Source: Tubiluchus corallicola
Lineage: Eukaryota > Animalia > Priapulida
Assembly: GCA_030141605.1 (NCBI GenBank)
Contig: JAQGDQ010000017.1
Span: forward strand, 620,001 to 684,000
Direction of reading: 5' to 3'
Length of the DNA stretch: 64,000 bases
Below are positions 49,888 to 63,400 of this stretch, piece after piece. The notes below the pieces were generated by a model. That model had not been told where the DNA came from. It worked only from the letters and a program-made list of their open reading frames with translations, and made no database searches. Positions within the stretch are counted from its first letter, which is position 1, and every line of letters begins with the position of its first letter. A program made the translations under genes and the position numbers.

Positions 49888-51236
49888 TTTTTTATAGTCT
49901 GTAATTTTATCGAAAAATTTGAAATTAGGTTCAAACATTACTACTCTTATGACTAAGTAGCCTTGCTTTTTATGTGTGAATGCCTTAGTTTGGATTTTTA
50001 CAAGCGCTGCCATGTTTTCCACTATGTTTTTAGCAGATTTCTGAAATTTATTGTAAAATATTCAGGTAAATAATGTATGTATTATTTTATTTGTGGGACA
50101 TGATCACTGATGAGAATCAATTTATAAACAAAAGATCTGTTGATTAATGACTAATTTATTTATTAAGCCGGAAGATCCGGTGTTGCTTGGAATATTTGAT
50201 TTTTTGTTAATAAATGTTGTGTCTTGTAGTTTGTTATTGTCATTTGCATTAGTGCTTAAATGCATAAATTATAATAAAATTTTATGGCCAAAGCAACATA
50301 AAGATGTTATAGCAGTACAATGTCACCTTTGAAGTTCCGACACCATTCTAACTTTAGCCCTTTTATGAAGGCAATGTTTGTAGGCTGTTCTGCTTTTTTG
50401 CTACCAAATTTTATTTTGGCGATAGTTAACTGGAATTGGATGTAAGTTTGTGTCCGTCTTCCAAAATTTACAGGCACTTGTGGCAGGATGTATAGTGAAA
50501 TAATGAAATATGTACAACATTTATATAAGAAATTTATATTAAGTGAAACACCCTATAGGAGCTTTTGTGTGAAAACAAAAACAAATTTGAATTGTATTTT
50601 GCATCTACCCAGCTTTTTTGGATTTACTGAATTTTTTTACAGTATCGCCTACTGCGAACTGGAATTCAGCAATTCAGTAGTGTGGCTTACGTAGATGGTT
50701 GTGGCAGAATCCTAACCTGGCTTATGATCAAGGACAATCATCTAAGTTGAATTTGAATAGCAGTTATATCTGATACATCTTCCCACAGTGAGATAAGCTG
50801 CCAAATATTAGTATGGCAAATTAAACTTCCCAGCAGAGTCGTCCATCCTTTCACTGGCCAGCCTGGGCATTGCTTAATTTTGGTCACTATAAGCATTATG
50901 ATCGCTCGATCACTATATCCATCATTAAAGGTCAGTTTTTATTGACATATAGTCTCTCGTTGAGTGCTCTGTCCAACTATGTGTTTTACTTCATTAATAA
51001 ATGTAGTTTTTTGGCCTGCTCTAACAAGCTGACAACAGCACCAGCGAAAACAAAAAAATTAAAACATTAATTCACCAACATTTAAGGCACCCAGAAAACA
51101 CCTAATTCACAGAAATAACGAAATATTTTTTTATTTTTTAGTGTTGGTAAAATTTTGATGAAAGAGTCGTGGCCGGTTCCACTTAGAGTATAGGTTCGTC
51201 AATGCATTTCTGTTTTGAGTTTTCGTAATTAAGAAA

Positions 51237-54200
51237 ATGTCAGCGGCGTTTGGAATTCATGTGGGTACAACTACCGCTTCTTTAGCAGTTTACAAGGTAC
51301 TTTACGTTTCGTTTGATTAAGGTTAAAATGGTTCGCGTTTGTGTTTCCCTCTATAGTTTATGTTAAGTGGATAGTTTCAGTTTGTCAGTGTCAGGATTAT
51401 TTGTCCGTACTTACACGAGTGATTTTTTTGTATTTATTTAATATTAGACAAATAACATACAATTACATGCACAGATATAATACATGCAATTGCATAAACT
51501 GAAAATAAAATTACTACAATCATTTATCAAGTGAGCAATCCTTTAGTGAACAAATGACATGCAACTGTTACAGGCTACAGCTGAGCTGAAAGCTAGAACT
51601 TGGAAAGCCCAACTCCAATACATGGTGTGTTGTTACTTATAGAGGTTAGGAGCAGGATAAAAGAGATGCGCAATGAAAAGAGATGACATGACGTAAAAAT
51701 TAGTTTGTAGGTAAATAATATAAGTAAAATAGAAGAAAAAAGAAAAAAGTGATGAAATGTAATGAAATGACTATGTGTACAGGGACGAACTGTAAGTGGC
51801 AACCAACGGTGAACACAAAATGGAAAGAAAAGTTGAAGACAAAATCCACCTAATTCGTATTTAAGAGATATGTTTTCATCTCATTCTTAAATCTAGGTAG
51901 GCATGATACTGTTCTGATATTGCAAGAAATAGAATTCCAAACATTGGTCTTTATGAGTCATTGTAAAGAAGTGACTGGTTTTGAGCATTATTATATAGTA
52001 CCTAGATTAGGTTCCAAATTTTGAAATTGTCAACTGATGAAGCACCGTTGGTTAATGATGAAAGATGATTCCATGGTTGAACTATGCGATGCCCAAAGAA
52101 GTGTGATTTGATGTTGGCACAAATAACTTGGACTGATGACTACGAAGAACTCTGTGAGGCCTGGAAAAAGTCTGTCTCCTTAAAAATCGTATTTCCACTA
52201 ATTATTTTGAAGCAGTTCACAAGGTCTACAGTCTCGCAGCTTTGCTCGAGAGTAGAAATCAAAATGGCTTTGCTACTACCATTGTTTGAATTACTACTTA
52301 ACTGTAGTCAGCGTCAAAAAATGATTAGATGATATTAATATTAATATAAAAATTAATATTACTTGCTGTTTTATATCAGTTTATGTTACTGTTGCAAGTC
52401 ACTTTTTCTAACACTTTGCTACTACCATTGTTTGAAAGTACCACTTAACTGTAGCCAACATCAAAAAAATGATTAGATGATATTAATATTAATATAAAAA
52501 TTAATATTACTTGCTATTTTAGTTAAAAGATTGCGTAAAAGTATTGTGAATTTTTTTAGCAGATTTGGAAAGAGAAAACATTATTAAAATTCACTGTATT
52601 TGCTCGAGCTTGGGAAAAGTTATAAGTCTAATTTTCATCAAGTTCACTTTGCATAAGATCACAAGTTACAACCAAACTGTTCAATGAATGTTTCGTAACC
52701 GGTTGTTTGAGTGTTTATTTAAGCGTCAGGCAAGAGTGACTGTAAGGCCTGTGTCACACAGAGAAAGGTATAACGAGCAAGCCGTAATCCGTAAGCTATA
52801 ACGTGTTTTCCATCTTCTAGTTATAAGGCGTATATCATATTCCGCAGTGTGTTCCTTTTTCTGTGTAAATAGTAGGATGTTTTGTTGTAATTCATTTCAG
52901 TAATGCACCTATCTGATTGTTGTGCTTAAAAATTGCTTTTTCATGTTTATGAGACCATTCTGTTATGAATTATTATGATGTAAATGAATTGTGCACTGTA
53001 AAAACCACAAACATGCTAATTACTATGTTAACAATGACCCAAAACACCTTTATGAACCACTCAAAATGCCTTTATGAACCTCCCATTATGGCTGACGGTT
53101 GACAGTAGGCAGAAGATGCAAATGGATTATCTATATGACAGGGACCATTGGTTAGCACACATTCACTTTTCATGTGGTGGCTTTTTCTCCTCACGGCTTA
53201 CACCTTACATATTATGACCAGTTCTGTGTGGCAGGGGCCTAAGAGTGCTTCGTCACATGTGGTCAACCTATTTTTCACCTTAAGTACGATAGACATACAG
53301 ACTGATATAAAACCGTGATTTATTACTGATTGAATGTTATTGTTGTTTTTGTAACAATAGGATGGAAGAACAGATGTTGTTGCTAATGATGCCGGTGATC
53401 GAGTTACCCCTGCATTTGTATCTTTTTACGAAGGAGAATTGGTGAGAATGGCTACTGTCATAACACATGAAGTCATTTTAATTCATTTTACTGATGACTT
53501 AGTCGAAAGGCTGACAACAGATTACAATAATATAGATTTCATGTAATTTTATAATACAATGAAGTGTAATAAACCTAATCAAATTGAGTTTTTTTCATTA
53601 TTTTAGACAGTAGGTTTGGCAGCAAAGCAAGGCCTTATCCGCAATGGTAGGAATACTATGTGCAAGGCAAAGCAACTTATTGGGCGAGAATTTACTGACC
53701 CGTTGGTCCAGTCTGTCAGCAAACTAGGACACAGTGAGGTATTTTGATTTGTTTCATTTCAAACTTTACAAAATTCACATACACACAAATTAATAGAAAG
53801 ATACAATAAATTACGACTCATAATAATAACACAAATAACGTTATAACAAACTACGCCAATGATGACTAATTTCAGAAGTAAAGTTTATATCACCGTTTAA
53901 AATGCTCTTGCATATGGAATTTTCACTCTTATTCAGCCTGACATATAAACTGTATACACATTTTCTGTAAATCACATCAATATAAATAAGATTAAATGTA
54001 GCAGAAATATATATAGCGCTCGTATCATATGAAAAGTTAAACAGCTTCCGTGTTGATACATAACGTTGTATATTCGACCTTGAGTTTCCTAAGATTGTAA
54101 GAATAAAAATGTCTCCAAGTGGACATACAATAAAAAGTAATACAGTAAGCATAACACATTTGTTTCTTGAATTTAACCGAACATAAGTTATTTATTGGCT

Positions 54201-57200
54201 CTGCCATAGTAAATTGAACATTGTCGTAATATATCTAAATAATATAAATGTCAATGTTTACTGTTTGTGTGCTTGCAAACCAAAACCATCCATAAGTCGG
54301 CATAGTTAAAACTACGTTATGATGCCTCAAAGTAGAAAGCACCAAAAGTTTGGTCAAATGTCGATTTTATTTTTTACGAAAAAAAATGCTAAATATATTG
54401 GACTTTTATAATTTAGCATCAAATTATCAGGAAAATGTTAAAGGAATACTAAAATTTAATTTTATAACTCCTTGTCCACTTTTCTGTCTAGAAACTAGTA
54501 CTGCAATTGTAAAAAAACTGTACATTAAAACTTCGATTGTAATTCGTGGAATCCGACATTTTGCCTTGGGTTTTTTCTGTTGACAAGACCAGATCTTCGT
54601 CTGGAAGAACCATCTACTAGATTTAAGTGTAACTTTGATTTGCTCTTGTAAAATCCACAGCAACCACACTTTCGTACTGTTTCTAAGTGTTTTGTAGAAA
54701 CGCGACAAAAAAAACAATGGGTGACTTTAACAGCGTCTTTCTCAAGATTACGTTTTCCAGTGCGTAGCCTGCACCTCAACTTCAACGTAGATTACCTCAG
54801 CTTAGAAATAACATAGAGCGATGAGCTTGGTATCAAAATGATACTCATGAAATGGAGATTCGGGATATGTGAATAACTAGAAAAGCTTAATTGCTTACTC
54901 ATGCAAGCATACATTTATTAATAATTACTTAATTAGCTGCAGAAATAATGTGTCATATCTAATTACTTACAGTCTTTATGTCAAGATTATCATTAATGAT
55001 GGAACAAATTTGCAAATGACTAGAATTTGATATCGTCAAAATACAAGAAATGTTAAAAGTTTTAACACAGTCTGGATTTGAACCAATGATTCTCAGCTTA
55101 TAAGATTTTGTTTGCACACATTGTGAAACTAGATTTAATTGGCACAGTATATTTTATTTAGATTATTAGCAAAGACAATGCAGTTTTCTACCAAGTTTAT
55201 AAAAATGGGAAGCAACCAGTTCACTTTTCATCCGAGGAGATTATGTCAGCCCTATACAAACATATGAAAGGTACTGGATACTTTCATTTTTATTTACGCT
55301 CTTGTGCAGTAAACTTGGGAAATGTTAAACTAAACTGAAAATAATAAATTAAATTTTTGAAAAAATGTAGCCCGAAGAAAGAAATAAGAACAAGTGTAAA
55401 AGACAGAGTGCCGGTTAAGTTTGCATTTGAAAGATTCCATGTGCATAATAACTTTGCATTTCCCCATTTTGACCATGTTTAGCTTCAAAAATTATAACCC
55501 TGCCATTAATTAGTACACTCATATCTCAGTTTGTCGGACAAAAGTGAGGAGACATTTGTCGAATTTGACGATTGTCTGTATCTAACATTGCTATTCTAAT
55601 ACAGAAAGCGCCATGTATTAGACTCACAGCAATATAGAATCAATAATCTAATTGTCTCAAAAATGTCTAGTACGGGCCACTCCTATGCAAAGGTATATAA
55701 AAACTCTTGGCAATTAACTCAAATAAATCCGCATAATTGATTCGAAACCACTTACACATGCTGTTTAAACCACTTAAACAAGCTGACATACAAGCTACAC
55801 ACGTGTCATTACATGCTGCTTGCATGTAAACAAAGTGACGGCCCGCCGACTCGCGAAACAACTGAGTGTATCCATAGTATGGTCCAGGTTTTGTCCGATT
55901 CTTCCAATATCCGTAAAAGCGAGGTTCGGCAAACCGAGATATGAGTGCAATATTTTTAACCAACTTTTTTTAGGTAGCTGACAGAATACTATCAATTCCA
56001 GAAGCTTTCTGTATGTTTTTTTGGGTATTGTTTTGTTTTCCAGTTATTGCCATCAGCCATCTACCAGAGAAAGGCAAAACTGATTTGAATGTGGTTCTTA
56101 CAGTACCACTCGATTTTACCAACAAACAGAGAAAGCTTATCACGTGAGAATTTTTTCATTTTTTTCTTTGTGAAGATGTTTGAAGATCAAAAGGTTGTTT
56201 TAGTTAAGAGAACTACAGTCAAACCTCCCCTTCTAACGTCCCCTTTATTATGCCTACCTCACTTAATGCTCAGATTTTTAGCAAAACAAAATATCTGTTT
56301 GCTCAGACATGTATGTATTAATGCACCTCGTTATGACGCCAACTTTTTTTGCAGTCGCAAAGTAAGCTATATAAAGAGATTTGACTATGTGTACTTTAAA
56401 TTTAGTACTAATTTCATACATTTCATGGTTTCATCACTAGTAAAACTGGCGTGTTGAAGTTGCACTTGCCCCAAAGCATTTAATTTGGTTTTATATGTGA
56501 CTACAGTCTATTGCTTGGTTTCTGTTGATGGTTTCTCTGAGTGGTTTCCCTTGATAGTCATGTTTGTTTTTTCATAAAAAAGGGCTATAAATAGTGCTAT
56601 ACAATGAAACATGTCATTCGACTACATGTGCAGATTTAGCTATTTTATGACTGGAAAAAGTTTTTTACCTCTTTCTAAAGGGTGAAAGCTAAATGTGCTG
56701 TGGCAGAACAGACTAATAAAAGAACCTGGTAAACTTTGCAAGATCAGTCTTTTTAGGTCAAAACTAGGCTTCTTTAGTAGGATGAATTTGACTTTTAACT
56801 TTTATAGGCACTTTGAGGAACATTTGTTTTTTGTCTTGTTAGATAACTTTGTTGAATTTTAACATTTAACAGTTTAATTATAAGTTGTGACTTATAACAC
56901 CAAAATTTTCTTCAGAAAGAATGATTCTAATTTCATCTATTACTTCGTATATTTCGGCAAGAAACTGGTATAAGGTAAAATGACTTCACTTTTTAGTGCT
57001 GCTGCTCACAAAGCCGGTTTTCGAGTTCTTCGCATAATAAGTGAGCCGTCTGCATCAGTGTTGGCTTATGGGATAGCTCAAGATGATCCAAAAGAAATCA
57101 GGTGCCAAGTTTTTGTAATTTTTGTGCAACATCATTTATTAAAATGTAAGTGCTGCATGGATAGAATCCATGGGATAGAAATACGGACTTTAACGTTCCA

Positions 57201-57507
57201 CATCCTAACTGCTTATGATTCAGTTGTATAATTGCAAATTGATAGCACTTGTAATAAAATTAAGTTTTGATTAATGTATTCTGTTCTCTTCTCAAACACT
57301 TTGTGGGAATCCTCGTTACTAAACTGATGTACATTTACTTTCCAGCAATACTTTAGTGTACCGTATAGGTGGCTCATCTGTCGATGCTACAGTAGTCAAT
57401 GCAAATGGCGGCATATACAGTATCGTAGCTAGTGAGTGTTTACCTCATCTCGGTGGCGATGCCTTCACTGAGGCCATTCTAGAATACTTCGCTGGTGAAT
57501 TTCAAAG
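51237..57507 (+). CDS. HSPA14: Heat shock 70 kDa protein 14 (Hsp70L1), 5' part; exons 51237-51296, 53361-53441, 53607-53738, 55162-55270, 56044-56143, 56997-57101, 57346-57507; rest presumably beyond the window
   Basis: [104 protein letters not shown]14-type substitutions (GIH for GID, YRIGG for FDLGG). Phases are consistent. Confidence 0.93.
51423..52255 (-). mobile_element. Two adjacent CR1/L2-type LINE 3' fragments in HSPA14 intron 1
   Basis: 52010-52255 reads [38 protein letters not shown]. 51850-51950 reads [19 protein letters not shown], followed by 3' UTR-like sequence. Confidence 0.7.
52268..52521. repeat. 146-bp-period partial tandem duplication
   Basis: CTTTGCTACTACCATTGTTTGAA..ATGATTAGATGATATTAATATTAATATAAAAATTAATATTACTTGCT at 52268 and 52414. 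Confidence 0.9.
56214..56389. mobile_element. Short Tigger-like MITE
   Basis: TACAGTCAAACCTC...GAGATTTGACTAT. Confidence 0.6.
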
Positions 57508-58529
57508 GTATTTGTATTTCTAGGCTTGGGCTTGGTTTTGGGCTTCGTTTAATGGGATGTTTCTTTGTTGTTTGGGAAAAAGAAAAGGAAAATGAGCAGT
57601 CATTGTTACCATTATTGCGATATGGGACTGCTATTGTCTTTTTGAGACAGGCTTGAATATTTTAAAACCTGTATTGTCTCAACTTGTATATTCTTAATTT
57701 GACTGTTATATGAAACATTAACTTAACTACTGTAGCTGTTGTGTACGTGGCAAAAAGTATACTTCAAACTTATTTTTAGCCCCAGTAGCCCATTACTTTC
57801 GCTAAAAGTGTTAAGTGGCAAACAAAGCATTATGTGAAATGTTTATGCATTGTGATTATAATGATCCCAATTTAATCTCATTGACGCACAGAGTTCCTTG
57901 AAGAGCTTTTACTTGTCTTACACCGATATCGCTTCTGTTGTTGTTGCTGTTGCTATTGTCATTGCCATTTACAAAGATGAAAATGAATGACAACGACGAT
58001 GATGTGGGCATTTTTAATGATGATGAAAACGATGATGATTATAGGGATAACTTGTAGTCAGCATGTAAGCGGTCAGAGCCACCTATCCATAGTTAAGTGA
58101 AACTAATTAATGTGTGACCATAAGCTAAAACTAGTTTTCATAACCAACATTTAAATATCAGATGTGTATTCGAGCAGACGATCGATAGCACAAGTTTTGA
58201 CACAAGAGATTTGGCTCAATATATAACAATCTTGTCCACTTCATTTCGAATGTTTTATGTATAACACAAAACACACAGCTAATTAACAGAGCACGTGTAA
58301 CACACTGGATGTTTACACATACTTTGTAATGGCTGTAGACAACTCCAATATGACAAGATATTAATCAATTTGCCCACACAGCTTTATTTACTTGTGTACT
58401 AGTTCCAGTTCGACACTAGAGAATAAACACCTCCAACGTAAAAATTAAACAGTTAGATTGTGCACCTGTTAGATTGGTTTGGATGTTTTTTTCATGTCAG
58501 TGGAAATTTGCTGCTTTTCAGTATCAAAT

Positions 58530-59143
58530 CATGAGTTTTTTCACAGTAGTGGTTGTTTTGCTTCCCCAGCAGCCTTACCAATGTTATTATTCTTGGCTGG
58601 CATTATAAAACTGCAAACAGTTGTAACAGTAAAAAGTGATTTCATTTCGTCAGCAGTAAAGGTGGAGCCAGATCATTTTGCCCACTGTTGCAGTCAGTCA
58701 GCAAAAATTGGTAAGACTGATGTGGCAGGTGATAACCATATCAGCAGTTCGCTCAATGGGACATTTATTCGGTTACTGCTTGGCAGGAAGAAAAAGACAA
58801 CGAACGGCTATTGTTGCTATTATTGCACTTACTGAGCAGAACTATCAATTTTATTTATAGCATAAAGTACTTCACTCACAATAATGGCAACTAATACATC
58901 TATTACAAATTTTGGTGTAACTGATCTGATTAACTGAGCGCAGAAAACATTTATGTTATTTACACGTTTTTTGGAGCTCTCCAATGTCGATTGCACTCAA
59001 GCGAGAAGAGCTTAAATATTTTAAAAGTGCATCTCTTTTATCCCCATTTGCACAGTCCATTTGGCTGTCTTGTGTAGCCTGCAGCCTACTCATTGCATTC
59101 ATCATATACATAGAGGAAAAACTGTATGTGCACCACAACAAGA
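58530..59143 (+). pseudogene. Truncated, frameshifted ionotropic-receptor pseudogene
   Basis: Homologous to 60472-61117 (GCFA.PAAL, KSDFI, HCCSQ, SLNGTF, SSPMSIA.KREELKYFKS). Frameshifts and stops at about 58780-58935; truncated after M1. The upstream flank 58100-58530 also resembles 59915-60470. Confidence 0.9.
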
Positions 59144-59599
59144 ATGACTTTAATAAACATTTGAAGTAGCTCATAAACAGGCTTGAAAGAAAGTGTATAT
59201 CCAACATTTTCCTTAGAAAATCTCAGTTTTTGCAACTGTTTGCGTATTGCGGAGAAAAATGAGTGCACTTACAGTTGGAGAAGGCGTAGTTTACATAGTG
59301 TGTAGGTTCATTTAAAGAGACAGTCATTGAGCAAAATGGCTGGGTGTTCTTTTTAATCCCTAGAAAGGGGGACCTACATGCACTATGAGTTAAAATTGGA
59401 AGGGGTTTCAGACATTGATGTTTGTGCTTTTGTTAAAAAGTTGTTTAAAACATTTGTTTAAAAGTTTATTTTTTGTCTTTTGTTTAATGTCAATACAAAT
59501 TTTAATGAATTGCTTTGTGCAGTCAGTTGGAGCCACCAATCTGTTATTTACGGATAATTGTAGCTCGACTGGTAAGCAAAAATTTCAACAAAATACAAT

Positions 59600-59890
59600 A
59601 ATTTAAATTGCCCAAAGTAGTCCCCATATGAAGGGGACAACATATTGCAGCATATCATGCAGTATAATAGTGTAAGTGTAAACATTAATACTAAACTTTG
59701 CATACATATGACAATAGCAGTCAACAGGAAGTACAAAATTATAAAAAACACTGCGAGTTTTGTTAGAGATGACTGTGAAGGCGACTTTTAAAAGTAGTTA
59801 AGTTCGGGGCATTTACCACTTCAGATGGCAAAGAGTTGAATACATTTATTACTCTACATGCAAAACTGTACAGACACACATTGAGTTGTT
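59600..59890 (-). mobile_element. CR1-like LINE 3' fragment
   Basis: Minus strand reads YSFACRVINVFNSLPSEVVNAPNLTTFKSRLHSHL*, a typical CR1 C-terminus. Confidence 0.75.
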
Positions 59891-60471
59891 AATCCATAAT
59901 AAAGAGAAGCAAATTAATTAATATGCAACCATAAGCTAACACACATTTTCACATGTTGTCATAACCAGTATTTAATAATCAGGATTAATGAAATAATGTG
60001 TTTTGAAACAGACTTGTGTCAAGTGTTAGTGGAAGTTTCGAAACGAGACGTATCTCAATATATAACGATCTTATCTACTTTGTTTCGAACCTTCTGGCTA
60101 TAATACAAAGCACTTATTTAACTAACACAGCAGATGTAACGCTCTGCGTGCTGCTTACACTTTTCACATGTTGTTCACAGCAATGGCTGTAGACAACTGC
60201 AACAGGATGAATAATTAAGTACTTTGGCAGTCAGCATTATTTGCTTGTGTATCAATACTAGAGGGGGCAATAGAGAATAAATGTTGCGGTTGTAAAAATC
60301 AAAATGCCATTAGTTAATAGGTGTCACTCTAATTGTTTAGATGATATTGTTTAGCGTCTTAGTAAATGTGAAATTGTTAACTTTATTAAGTGCAGAATAG
60401 TACAAATGCAAGTGCAGCTGTTAGACTGATTATAGATCATTCGTTTCAATGTGCTGTTGTTTTTGTATCGA

Positions 60472-61917
60472 ATGATGAGATTTTTCCAGCATTGTGGTTG
60501 TTTTGCTTACCCAGCAGCCCTGTCATGGTTGTTCTTCATTTTGGCTAGTATAACAAAAATGCAAACAGTTCTATCAGCAAAAAGTGACTTCATATTGCCA
60601 CCAGTGAAAGTCAAACCTAATCATCTGGCCCACTGTTGCAGTCAGCCTGGAAACGTTCATCGGACTTTTGCAGAAAGTGTTCAGCATATCAGCTTTTCAC
60701 TTAACGGGACGTTTCTTCGTGTTGCTGCACGGGAAGAGGACAAAAAATATGAACAGCTGTTATTGCCACTGTTGGACATGCTAAGCAAGACTGTTAATTT
60801 TACTTACCATATTAAATATTTCACTGATAATGGTGGCAACGTTTCAGTTACAGCTCTTGCAGATTTTGGTTTAACCGATCTGATTATCTCTCCACTTGTA
60901 CACACAGCTGAGCGCAGAAAACATTTAAGTTATTTACACGTTTTTTGGAGCTCTCCAATGTCGATTGCATTCAAGCGAGAAGAGCTTAAATATTTTAAAA
61001 GTGCATCTCTTTTATCCCCATTTGCAAAGTACATTTGGTTGTCTTGCGTAGCCTGCAGCCTACTCGTTGCATTCATCATATACATAGAAGAAAAACTGTA
61101 TGTGCACCACAACAAGACTAGTTTACCCGGCCTTGCATATTTTGCAAGATATTCGTTGGCATCATTTCTTCAAAAAGACGGAACATCGTTACCAGGTGGA
61201 GTCTCATCTCGGGTTCTAATGTCCTGCTGGTGGATGTTCGCTATCTTGATGACCGCTGTCTATACTGGAATGCTAGTGGGGACATTTTTTCTTCAGAATC
61301 ATACGTATCCATTTTCCAACTTGGAAGAATTAGTTGCCGGACCGTATACACCAGCCCTAATCAGACACTGGGCATTTACTGAAATGCTTAAAACCAGTCC
61401 ACCGGAATCAAATTTTGGCCGCTTGTGGAAGAAGATGGAAGCTGACAGTGACGTTCGAGTTGATACGATAGACCAGAGTCTTGAATTAACATTTACTGGA
61501 AAGTACGTATTCGTTGGAACAACAAACTACTTGAAAATGCTCTTAATGCAGGATTTCCAGATGCATGGTTCTTGCCGATTTGTTTTGGCTCCATTTCACT
61601 TGACATCTGACGTCTATTCCAGCTGGACTGTGCCAAAAGGAAGTCCATACATAAAAGCTTTGAATCAGGGGTTACAGAGGTTAGCAGAGAGTGGCATTCT
61701 TCATGAATCATTAAAGAATTACTTCAGACAAGATGGCAACCATTGTTTCCTACCACACACACAGACAATTGCATCACATACTTTGGATTTGCATCACTTA
61801 AATACTGTATTCTTAGTCCTTGTTGTAGGCTTGGCAGTTTCCAGCTGTGTGCTACTGTTTGAATATACATGCTGGAAACTAAACACTCGATTTAAAATTT
61901 GGTCAAATTCTGGGTAA
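60472..61917 (+). CDS. Intronless ionotropic receptor (variant iGluR without ATD), 481 aa
   Basis: Signal-like N-terminus. S1 DLIISPLVHTAERRKHLSY, pre-M1 LLSPF, M1 IWLSCVACSLLVAFIIYI, pore loop YSLASFLQKDG, M3 SSRVLMSCWWMFAILMTAVYTGMLVG. S2 PFSNLEEL..PKGSPY..LNQGLQRLAESGIL, M4 LNTVFLVLVVGLAVSSCVLLFE. First ATG at 60472. Confidence 0.92.
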   Translation: MMRFFQHCGCFAYPAALSWLFFILASITKMQTVLSAKSDFILPPVKVKPNHLAHCCSQPGNVHRTFAESVQHISFSLNGTFLRVAAREEDKKYEQLLLPLLDMLSKTVNFTYHIKYFTDNGGNVSVTALADFGLTDLIISPLVHTAERRKHLSYLHVFWSSPMSIAFKREELKYFKSASLLSPFAKYIWLSCVACSLLVAFIIYIEEKLYVHHNKTSLPGLAYFARYSLASFLQKDGTSLPGGVSSRVLMSCWWMFAILMTAVYTGMLVGTFFLQNHTYPFSNLEELVAGPYTPALIRHWAFTEMLKTSPPESNFGRLWKKMEADSDVRVDTIDQSLELTFTGKYVFVGTTNYLKMLLMQDFQMHGSCRFVLAPFHLTSDVYSSWTVPKGSPYIKALNQGLQRLAESGILHESLKNYFRQDGNHCFLPHTQTIASHTLDLHHLNTVFLVLVVGLAVSSCVLLFEYTCWKLNTRFKIWSNSG

Positions 61918-62549
61918 TTCACTAATAATAACCAGTTGTAGCAGTATGTTATAATATTTTTAGTTTCATCACTTGTAAAATCAGTTAAAGTTTCAACTTG
62001 TTTACTTTGCTGTGTTCTCTTATAAAGAATAATAGAAGATTAGCAGTCAAACCTGAAATTGTCAATGCTATTTGTCCCTGGTGATCCTACTTATATGTTG
62101 TTTTGTGGACCACTATCATTTCATCTTGACTTGAGTAATTGATTTATTCAGATTACCTTTCTTCTAATAACATTTGGAAAATAGACTATTGCTGTATTAT
62201 TATAGTTAATTCTATTATTTATATTTATAATATAAAAACAATGTGCTGTCGTCTGTAAATTGGATAAATTTAGGACAGCTTATTGAGTTTTTTGTAAATT
62301 CTAAATTTAGGTTCAGAACAGAAACCTGTGCCTTATGCACCAGGTAGACATACCAAGTTCTTGTTGTATGCAGTACTTAAAGAAATACGTCTTAGCCAGT
62401 GGAGTTCGCCTTGTTTTCTGTAGTTGGGTAATGTTTCACTGAATGATAATAAAAGAGCACTTTGGAATTACTTGTGTAGTGACAAATGGTGACCAATATT
62501 GGTCAAGGGTACAGTTATAGCAAGAGCAACTGTGAAACAATTTCACTTG

Positions 62550-63400
62550 ATGGTGCACACTGCGCACTTTCTTGCACGTTAGTAAAGGAAAGGAAAGATT
62601 TGGTTGATATTACAAAAACTTCGCTTTCCGGCTGAAAATCTCAGCTCTACCTATATTACAAGGTACTTCACTTATGGTGATGGTAATTGTGGTCATCCTT
62701 GGCATAAATGATTTATTAATTGCTCTTATTGTGTTTTCAACTGAAGGGAATAAGTGCTTTACTTTTCTCTTGTATTTTGGAGCTTACCCTGATCAATGCA
62801 TATAAAAAGAAAAGGCATACATTGATAACATTCTCTACTACTCTGTCCATTCTCAATATCGAATTGCCGTTACTTATTTTGCATGGAATTGTTGTCACTA
62901 TAATCGTGTATATTCAAAAAATGTATACTTTTTAACAGAATAAGAAAAACATCATTTTTCACAATCCAAGATATTTTGCTAGGGATGTAATATAGCAGCA
63001 TTTCTTCAGATAGATGGAACCAATCTTCCACGAGATACTGCAAAATGTACATTTGGTGGATTTTCATTGTAGTCATGTTAAGCTGGTTATATCTGTATGT
63101 TGGCTGTGTTGACAAATACTCACACTGTAGTTTTCTGACACTCTCATCTTTTTGTGATGCTAAGAGAAATGATGGCCTGTTCGTACAGAAAGGGTTTTTA
63201 CAGAAACCTTGTAAAACACTGACATTGATTCTGAACTTGAAAAGTTGTGGTTGAAATGGTTGACAACCTACCTGTCACGATGTTTGAGGATAGTCTTATT
63301 TTAACTTACACACAACAGTAGTCTTTGTGGTAACAGTTATAAGCCTTTTCACAGCTCCAGAGATAGATAATGATCGTTAACAGGTCAAAGGTTAAGTGTA
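62550..63400 (-). mobile_element. Highly degenerate non-LTR RT relic
   Basis: Broken minus-strand motifs in RT order: EKAY(N), LQYLVEDW..PSK, VKYLVI*VELRF. Confidence 0.4.

Noticed and set aside
52053-52134. C/D-box snoRNA-like ATGATGA...CTGA in HSPA14 intron 1
   Set aside because: The opposite strand is CR1 coding sequence ([14 protein letters not shown]), and I see no convincing rRNA guide.
53490-53520. CTGATGA..GAAA hammerhead-like core in HSPA14 intron 2
   Set aside because: There is no stem II independent of the core, no valid NUH triplet and no stem I.
60255-60270. CTCF-like motif upstream of the IR
   Set aside because: The match to the core consensus is imperfect and expected by chance.
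62423-62492. NDNKRAL peptide resembling the next HSPA14 exon
   Set aside because: It is in the wrong phase for the exon 7 donor, the similarity does not continue and a stop follows.
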